A stretch of DNA of 59,911 nucleotides, counting the filler, from Catajapyx aquilonaris (taxonomy: Eukaryota), in the NCBI GenBank assembly GCA_000934665.2. It is 3 parts of 3 records of this genome, joined end to end, with 100 filler letters (N's around TTAATTAATTAA, not from the genome) between each part and the next. Parts side by side here need not be neighbours in the genome. Positions count along the whole stretch, not along the records: positions 39,997 to 59,911 come from JYFJ02006369.1; 2 more parts are not named here. The stretch is one strand, 5' to 3'. Positions 52,144 through 59,911 of the stretch are shown here, piece by piece. The position numbers and the translations under genes were made by a program. The first letter of the stretch is position 1. Every line of letters starts with the position of its first letter. Under the pieces are notes generated by a model. It was not told where the DNA came from, searched no databases, and was given only the letters and a program-made list of their open reading frames with translations.

Positions 52144-53331
52144 AAGGGGGGAGAGTATGTGATGACCCTGGGTCATGACCTGATGATTAGTGTGCCCCCG
52201 GGTTAGTCCATATTATTCCTCAAAGTTTAATTGCTGCTTATCTTTTTCGTTGCTTCATCCCAACCTACATTCCTTTCCTTTTGCGCTGCTCCGGCTGATG
52301 TAAGGTATTTTGGGCAGCGCGAGGCAGATTGGAATGTTGACCTTTGTACTTGGTGCTGTCTAGTGAATTCTTTCTTTTGCTCTTCTCGGGGTCGCTCAGG
52401 AGCCAATCGGAGTTAGTAATGTAGAGATGTACTTGATGCGGTCATCTTTGGCCATCCGGGTTAATTTTGCGTTTAGTTTTTCTACCAATGATTTCATTCT
52501 GGTCACTCCGAAGCTTGAGCGAGACCGAGGAAAGAAGCCCCAACTTGGGGACAGTTGGCGGGCACCTATGTAGTGAGTAACATGTAATTTCTGACGGACG
52601 CTGTGGCCCAGCCCTTAGCGCGGGGTTGGTTGGGCACTGGGCAGTCGAAATGGGGGTCTTGGGTCTTCTTGGCGTCAATTAGGCGCGTTCCGGTTTTTTT
52701 CCGGACTTAAAACTTTTCTTGTTTGAACTAATGTGAGGCAACCGGCTTGAAATTGTGATAGCCAGGCGTGAGTGGAGTGATGTTTAGTGATCCCTCCAAA
52801 TTGTGCGGATTGAGAGAAAAAGTGACGTGCAACTGGAAGATGATGGCCGAAAAGGACGCTCTGGACAACCTGAGGGAGAAGAGTGGAGCGGGCCAGAAGT
52901 CTGGTCTCGTCTCTGATTGGTCGAGACGATTGGTCTGAAGCCCCCCGATGGTATCTTCACCTTATCGTGGTGGTGGGGTTTGCGTTTCTCCCGTGACCCC
53001 AAGAGCTATGTCGGCGCGGCGGTAGCTTCGTCTACTGGTAGGGCCACCCAAGCCGGACAGGTCTTTGGGATAGGAGACAGACTAAGAGAGATGCCAGTCT
53101 TTCCTCTCCGTTTCTCTCCATCGGTCACACCTTTGCTTCTTCTACAGCCAGATAGCCACAGTTGCTTCGGCTTCTTCCTAACAAACCAAACCAATCTGAA
53201 GCTGCGCTGTGATTGGTCAGTTATCCGAGACTGGCTCATGTAAACTCGGACTATCGCTTGGCCTTTGCCCTTATCAGCAGACCTCTGACCTCGACTAATT
53301 GTTGGCACGCGCCAGGGCTCGTGCCTCATCA
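52144..53331 (+). mobile_element. Polypurine tract (52144-52155) plus putative 3' LTR (52160-53331)
   Basis: aaggggggagag followed within a few nt by TGATGA...TCATCA inverted termini; only one copy in the window so not confirmed. Confidence 0.6.
52958..53090 (+). ncRNA. Structured RNA motif resembling the conserved 5' leader of RTE-clade retrotransposons
   Basis: caccttatcgtggtgg..gagctatgtcggc..ctggtagggccacccaagccggacaggtc..cagactaagag; internal complementarities tgtcggc/gccggaca, tttctcc/ggagac, ggtgg/ccacc. Confidence 0.5.
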
Positions 53332-53999
53332 GTAGAGCTCGGAAAAAACCGCAGCATCAGCAGGGGGGCCCCCACAGGACCTGTGACCACCCACTCCTCC
53401 CCCACCACCTACCTGGCCGCTCACCCGCCCAGGTGACACCCCGACTAAATAGGCCCGCACCTTTAGAGCATTGCAGCCAGCCATACGTCACCTGGACACC
53501 CGCACATGGTCCCACGTGACGCCCCCATCCCACCACACCTCCACCTCTTGAGCTAAAACAGGGGTTCCCGCTGACTGCTAGAACCGAGGGACTCTGGATT
53601 CAGAGTCCAGCGCCATAGCCCCTCGGCCAGCACCCCTTGGTTGGGGGAAGGTGTGTTGGACCCCGTATGCACATGCCTCGCTGTGACGTAGCACAGGAGG
53701 GGTGGGGCTGTTTGGAGGGGCGGGAGCCATTTTAGTTTTTGGCTGGCTGGCTGGGGCGTTGAATATTCACGCAATCTCTGCCTTGGCTTATCAGTCTTGA
53801 GATATAACAACTAGAGAGACTGGAGGTGAGAGGTCACCTAAAAATAACCCCCACCAACTCTATGTAACGGGGGGCATGGGGCAGAGGGGAGGAGGCGACG
53901 CCATGTTGACAAGGCAGCAGCCATTGTGTATCTTGGGCATCTTTTGCATCTTATGTGTGCACTCTGGGTCACCAGCTACTTATGCTGTTATCTTTCCAG

Positions 54000-54352
54000 A
54001 TCTCATTCAAGCAGTATTATAAAATAGCATATGATCTGCATGTCCGTGTCAGGAACCAGCCCATGCTTGTGGCCCAGGTGGGAGACGAGGATCTTCCGGG
54101 ACCATTATGTTTTGTATATATTGTCCCGGAGCTGTGCTGGCCAGTTAGCCATCAGACTGCAGTGGAATCCGGATTACCTAGGGTTATCATATACCCAGAC
54201 ACTGCAGACACTGAGGCTACTGGAGCAGGAGGGACATCTCCACACCCTTGGCAGTCCCCAGTATGTTGGTTAACAGACTTTCATATTCATAAACTCCTGC
54301 TTATTTGTTTTTTTCTCCCTAGGAAAGAGAGCAACAGCAAGACACAGCATAG
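54000..54352 (+). CDS. Isolated PIWI/Argonaute PAZ C-terminal fragment in a small spliced gene (54000-54260, 54323-54352)
   Basis: ISFKQYYKIAYDLHVRVRNQPMLV...VYIVPELC matches the PIWI PAZ pattern ISFxxYYxxxYxxxIxDxxQPML...LxPELC; acceptor tctttccAG, donor GTatgt, acceptor tctccctAG, then stop. Confidence 0.65.
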
Positions 54353-57300
54353 AAATGTGGTTATTTATTTATTTATTATTATTAAGGTTGTACAATATTA
54401 TTGTGAAATATATCAGATCAACTCTATAATAGTCTGGAACCTTGTCCCAGGTGTTTTTCTCCATAAGGACCCATTGTTTAGCCTTACATCGGGCGATTCA
54501 GCAGATATGTTATCACTGCACACCACATTATGGAAGAATAATGCAGATAACGCCGCTTCCTGGTCTGGTCCACTTCATCGTCGAACACCCACAAGTGGGG
54601 GTCCGTGACCCATTCCACATGACCCACATCATTGCCCTGCATGAAGGTACTACATAATTATATAGTGTAATAATTCAGACGCACACCAAAAGGTCAATGA
54701 ACACCACATCCTTCGCATTTTTCATGTCTTGTGGTGTGATTATCCTATCTGAGGGTTGAGGGAAAGATAGGAGCTGTTGGTTGCTGGGTGATATGGAAAT
54801 GAGCCAACATCCTCCAACTTTTTCCAATCATTCCGAGCCATGGTTGCGTGGCGATCACATCATAAACAGAGATTGACAATTGTGTAGCAGAGTGATGACA
54901 GTGAGGAAGATGAAGAGGTGCAAAGGAGACGGCCAGCCTTGCAGGATCAACTCCGGCGACAGAGAGTGAAACAACAACAACGTCGACGCACGTAATGGAG
55001 GTTCCAGTCTGCCGATGCCGGTGGACCCGGTAGCTATATCAGCGATAGAGCGGCGGGCTGGTGTCCTCTATTTGGGGGAAGCTCCATCGGAACATGGCTG
55101 CGAGTAGACATCTGGAAGGTCTTCAGCTTTGGCTGGAGGTGTGGTAGTGGACAATGGACCCGAAGGTGGATGTCAACCGGCCGGTTTATTTTCGTCCATG
55201 ATTATTCGCAGCATGTGCCCAACCTCTTCTCTGCTAGTGCTAAGCTTTGTATACATGGCTAACCTGGCGTTCATATTCGCCCAAACCTCCGTGGCCTGAA
55301 ACCAACCACATTTCTTCCAGACTGGCTGGGCCCCCCTCTTTTTCCGCCATATATGCCCAGTTTTGTTGGCACGATATGGTAATTGGCACGGTATTGGCAC
55401 GAGCTCGGTCTGTTACATTGTTTGTTGGCATCTGCGAGTTTTTTCCCTAAATGTACCTCTTTTGAAACATTGTGCGCTCCGGGGCTTCCAATTATCCGCG
55501 ATCGCTCTAACTGTTCGAACATTAATACACCGTCATCCTGCTGCTCTCGATGGAACTGTTTTTGTGGGAGAGCATGATATGCTGGCCGCGAGCCGATTGT
55601 AAGTAACGACACGTTCGGTCGAGTTGTTTGCATCAGGCGCAATTATATTTTCAGATTCCTGCGTAGTCGAGCGTTTATTTGGGGATGAGCTGCCCAACCT
55701 TTTTGATGAACAGGCCGAATTGGGATACTTGCTGGAGGTGTATAATTGCGAGGTGTGGGATGAGGAGGAGGGCGGTGGCGGGGTGGGATGGTATCGCATT
55801 GTCAGCGACGTTGTCGAGGCGGAATTTGACGGCGGTGAGTTCGTAAATTTATTTAACGAGAGGCCTCTCCCAAATCTCTACTTGGATTGGGCTCTGGGAG
55901 GCGGTCCTTGGCGCTATTACTGTGTCGACGATTTTTAGGAGGAGGATGATGAATGGGTGGGGGAGGCGCTGGTAAATTTATTCAACGAGGCTCCCCTGGA
56001 GGGCTATTATTTGGAATTTGTGGAGCCGGATGATCTGAGCGCGTCATACTGGGCTCATGTTCAGAGTCCGAGCCGGTTGATTGGCATCTTGCGCGACGAG
56101 TTGCCTTTTGCATGGAGCAAAGGATACTAGGAAGCTAATTCACGGTCGCAACCTCCCTCCTTCTTCCCCCCCTCCGATATATGGCACTCCGCACGCCCCG
56201 TCGTTTCACTCGAGCCATGTCAGTCCAAGTGGTTCTGTTTATTGGGGTCGAACCTCACACGTGTTTTAAACTGCGTCAGAGCGAGCAGGTGGTGGGGGTC
56301 TGGAAAGATGCCCACGAGGTTTTGGCGGATCCGGGGCTCATCCCGGCTGGCCTGGCTCACACCTACAGCTATTGCGTGTACCCCTCCTTCACTTGCACTT
56401 GTCGGGTGCAGAAGAAATTCCGTTTGGATATTAATAGCGGCGTCTCTTGGCTCTCTCACGCCTTGTGCCTGGAATGGTATAAGTGCGGGCGCGGGAGTCT
56501 TTCCCGGATATACTGAATCATTTTTCCCTTCCAGATGCTCGGCTACGAGAAGATGGTTCCTTGTCGAGCGGTGTACCACATGACCACGGAACTCTGTCAG
56601 CTGGCCGTTTTCTGCATGTCCGAATTGGACATGCAGAAAACGGCCAGCAATTGACATTCCTCCAAAGTAAACTTGCAGCCAACAACTAAATGGACCAGAA
56701 CCCAACTCTAAGGAACCAGAATTGAAGCAAACTCCAGCATGACGGAACATCAAAGTGCAATACCCAACATCTATGTAATTATTGAGCAAGACCATCTTCA
56801 TCCGTTGTGGAAAATAAAACGTTGCTCTTATGCCACACTCAGATCCATAATTAAGTCTTTTCATACCAAATGACCACTGCATTGGTTACAAAAGTTTCAT
56901 TTAAAAAAAATATATGCAAGTAGCAGCAATGGTCTCCGTAATTACGGTTGTAAGATGTGGTTATTAAAAAAGTATCTGTATCCGAATTTGATGCAGAAGC
57001 AGCGACATTTTGTAGTGATGTGACATCAACTTGCGATGCCTTGGGACACTGCGTGTCAAAACGATCAGTGTGACACAAAAGGTCAAATGTCAGTGACTGA
57101 ACCCAGTCATGTATATTTAGACATGACCGGCTTTATGAAAAATTGTCACATATATTTATGTGACAATTGTGAATTCGACATATATGAAGCTGCTGTCTAT
57201 TCCGGAGATTTGCAAAAAGGTTAGTTCTGTTGCCCAGAATGCGTCATGTTAAAGCTTCGTTTTTTACCTCCCGCATGGTTATTTTCAATGAAACGTTTGC

Positions 57301-57449
57301 TAGCACAAAAAGCTCTGTCGCGCCAAACAAATAAAACCATTACTGCATAAACGTGGAATGAAGCAATTTGCAGCCGCAGTGCTCAGGACATTGCCAGCGC
57401 ATTCTTAACATTTCTCATAGAAATTCGCGATCAGGACCGTGTGATCATA

Positions 57450-59200
57450 CGGCTCGAGAATGGCTCTTCCCAAAATATGACACCAAATCTCTCTACAACA
57501 AGGAAACAGATCAACGCGAGCTCAAGCACAGAGAAAAAATGGTAATGCAGACCATAGTCATAACAGGGAAAGACAAATGCTTCAAATACATGATGGACTT
57601 AATGAGATCATATGGGTCTTACATAAAACACGACGAAAGGTCTAAATTGACCAGGAGAGCCATAGCCTCCCCATCAATCATTCAGAGGATTTTCCTATAC
57701 ATCGTTGAGGACTTCCATTTGGAACTGGGAAAGGAACTTCCTGACTCAACAATCTCCATAGGCGGCGAAGAAGAAGAAAAAAAAGGCTAAAATCACAACC
57801 GAATTGACGGCGGGATCCAAGGAAGGAATTTTAATGCCAAAAACAGTCCAAGCAACTGAGGACGCAACAAAATGGAATGAATGCTTAAGCGTGGAGTGTT
57901 TCTCTCTCTTCCATGACACAATTTTGGGTGAAGAAGCAAGAAGTTTAACTGGTCTACCAAGACCTAATTCAAATGAAAGACTCTTCAACCAAATACTCCA
58001 AGCCTCACATTTCAACCTAGCAGTAAAGCGCATTTTCCTAAATGAAGGCCCCATCTGCATTCAAAAGTCTGAATATAAGCGAGTACCTTATTCCACCCAA
58101 AACATAAGCAGATTCAATGATAATACCAAAGAATGGGTTTCCCAAGCAGAAAAGCTATTCGATGACAACTACCTAACTGCTAGCCCTGGAATGCTCATGG
58201 GAATGCACAACGCACTGTCAACTACCATCAGGCTACTAGCCGAGAACTTCCTGTTGGACACCACCAAAAGCAATGTTACCACACTCAGGTCGAGTGACGA
58301 CTCCATGACTGTTTTTACAAGAATTGATGATGAATCAATGATAGAGGCCCTACACTCTAACGATTATTGCCTCAAACTCCTAGGAATCAACATCAGTGAC
58401 TCCAAATCTTGGCTGTGCAAGGAATCTTTTGGTGAGTTTACGTCATGGTACCAAGACGGTCAATTCATTGCCCAATTTGGGGTGGAAACCGCCAACATGA
58501 GAGCTGGTGGCCAAAACCCAACAGATGACTTCTTTCAAATAGCAAAGAGCACTGCAAGCTCTCTATCCCGCTTAGAGATGAACCACTGAGGAGCACATTG
58601 CAAGCTGCCAATCGGCATTGACAATGTAAGAAGGTTGTGGAGAATTGAACAAACCCTTCACAAAAGGCAAAATGTGTCTCCCAAAATCCTGGTTCTTGCT
58701 GACGGAGGCCATAGGACCCCACTAACGCTCATCTGGAAGAAACCAGCATTAAATCAATGTGGACAACAACCAAAGAAGAGAAGGAGTACCTATTTAAGAT
58801 AAGGAATCCTGAAAACCCTTTCTCTGCAGCTGCCGAGGAAGAAATAAGTTTTCCAAAGGAAACAAACAGCATTTGTTTGACGCTACTTGAAAATCCTAGG
58901 ACTGTCTTCAACTTCATGAAGAGAAGCAATAGAACTGGTTTGAATAGGGGCAAAGACAATCTAGAAAATGAGAAGTCCAACCTGCATGCTCTTCAAATCC
59001 CTAACCTTATTGATTGCTCAACACTTCTAAAGGTGCCTTCACAGACCTCCACTATTGCAAGTCATCTGACCGGGATGTTAGAGACATACGCGTCCATATT
59101 TAAACTTAGTGACAAAGAGCTTAAATTATTGGCAGACGCCCAAAATAGATTAAGGAATGTAGACACTGATGATGAGAGCCAAACTTTAGACTTTTGTTAG
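57450..59200 (+). pseudogene. PB1: Endogenous orthomyxovirus (quaranjavirus-like) PB1 RdRp, central and C-terminal part
   Basis: RRAIASP, TEDATKWNECL (motif A), SPGMLMGMHNALSTT (B), RSSDDS (C), LLGINIS..KS (D), EFTSWYQDG (E); frameshift ~57780, stop 58587-58589, lesion ~58710, native stop 59198-59200. Confidence 0.95.
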
Positions 59201-59222
59201 AGGACACACACAATGTGTAAAT

Positions 59223-59244
59223 TGAAAAGAGCCTTGTTTCTACT
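59223..59244 (+). promoter_or_regulatory. Orthomyxovirus segment terminus
   Basis: tgaaaagag then CCTTGTTTCTACT (59232-59244), the complement of the conserved influenza A 5' vRNA end AGUAGAAACAAGG, 31 nt after the PB1 stop. Confidence 0.85.
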
Positions 59245-59352
59245 GGCTGCCATCAACTCGGAACTGATTAGCGCAAACGAAATCATTTTGCGGTACTTGG
59301 TCCCAGGACATACATTCATGTCGGCAGACGGAATTCATGGGAAAATCGGTTC
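59245..59352 (+). pseudogene. DDE transposase fragment (Sola1-like)
   Basis: IILRYLVPGHTFMSADGIHGKI resembles the FLxxGHTxMxxDSxH motif. Confidence 0.55.
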
Positions 59353-59355
59353 CTA

Positions 59356-59589
59356 ATGGACGCAGTTCGGATGCCTAACGCTCCACAAATTCAGTTTTAC
59401 GGAAAATATTGGTTTGTGCAAGTTAAGCTATACAGTAACTCACCCTACATCCTCACAAGAGAATATGCCGACCTGGATTTGAATGGGGCAGGCAGCAAGT
59501 TGCNCCCCCCCCCCAAGTTAGTACCAAACTTGATAGGAGCATTGCAAGAGATCGAGTCAGATCTCCGAGGAAAAGGGTATACATTCTAA
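59356..59589 (+). CDS. Small PC4/Sub1-like ssDNA-binding-domain ORF
   Basis: GKYWFVQVKLYSNSPYILTREY...LIGALQEIESDL aligns by eye with PC4 [22 protein letters not shown]...LKEQISDIDDAV; AATAAA follows. Confidence 0.45.
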   Translation: MDAVRMPNAPQIQFYGKYWFVQVKLYSNSPYILTREYADLDLNGAGSKLXPPPKLVPNLIGALQEIESDLRGKGYTF

Positions 59590-59652
59590 TGTGATATCGT
59601 GTTTCTCTCGTAGTAATAAAAATAATTAGCCAATTCTCTCATAGTACCAGCA

Positions 59653-59911
59653 AGATAAAAGGAATTGCAGGTGTAATTAGCCAAAGAGGCCTTACCACCT
59701 GTGGGCAACAAACCAACAATGTCCGGCTCCCAGATCCATAGGGTCTGGGGCCGGGGCATACGAAACGTTCCAAGTCAATATTGTCCCAAGGAAGAACAGG
59801 AGCCGAAGCCCCAGGCCCCCGGAACCAGCATTAGCCCAAGCCCCCCTGGGCCAGCGCTCAGGGGGACCAAACCTCCTACCCACGCACACCAACAGCCCAA
59901 GAAAAAACCAC
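59653..59911 (+). repeat. Direct repeat, copy 2, running off the window end
   Basis: Near-identical to 49142-49399. Confidence 0.95.

Noticed and set aside
52176..52215. Hammerhead ribozyme (ctgatga) at the LTR start
   Set aside because: No properly placed GAAA and stems found
56220..56882. 220-aa minus-strand ORF
   Set aside because: Runs through a hairpin and a compositional junction; no recognisable family
37086..59911. EVE cluster lying inside pinin intron 1
   Set aside because: Separated by an artificial linker; adjacency not supported

Overview
Animal (arthropod-like) genomic DNA, apparently three separate ~19.9-kb contigs (1-19887, 19988-39896, 39997-59911) joined by artificial 100-nt N44-TTAATTAATTAA-N44 linkers, so adjacency across the linkers should not be trusted. 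Contig 1 has one YIPF5 coding exon amid nested MITEs, SINEs, a mariner and a Helitron. Contig 2 has a complete 21-exon aquarius (AQR) helicase gene and the first coding exon of pinin. Contig 3 is a dense, almost entirely same-strand mosaic of viral and transposon fragments. It includes Polinton/adintovirus ATPase and PolB pieces, a Chapaev transposase split by a Tc4/Tc5-like element, hAT and Sola-like pieces, and two diverged copies of an unknown protein. It also has a negative-strand-RNA-virus-type glycoprotein in the env position upstream of a polypurine tract and putative LTR, an isolated PIWI-PAZ mini-gene, a quaranjavirus-like PB1 EVE retaining the genomic segment terminus, and a PC4-like ORF. 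All family assignments come from motif recognition by eye; no searches were run.
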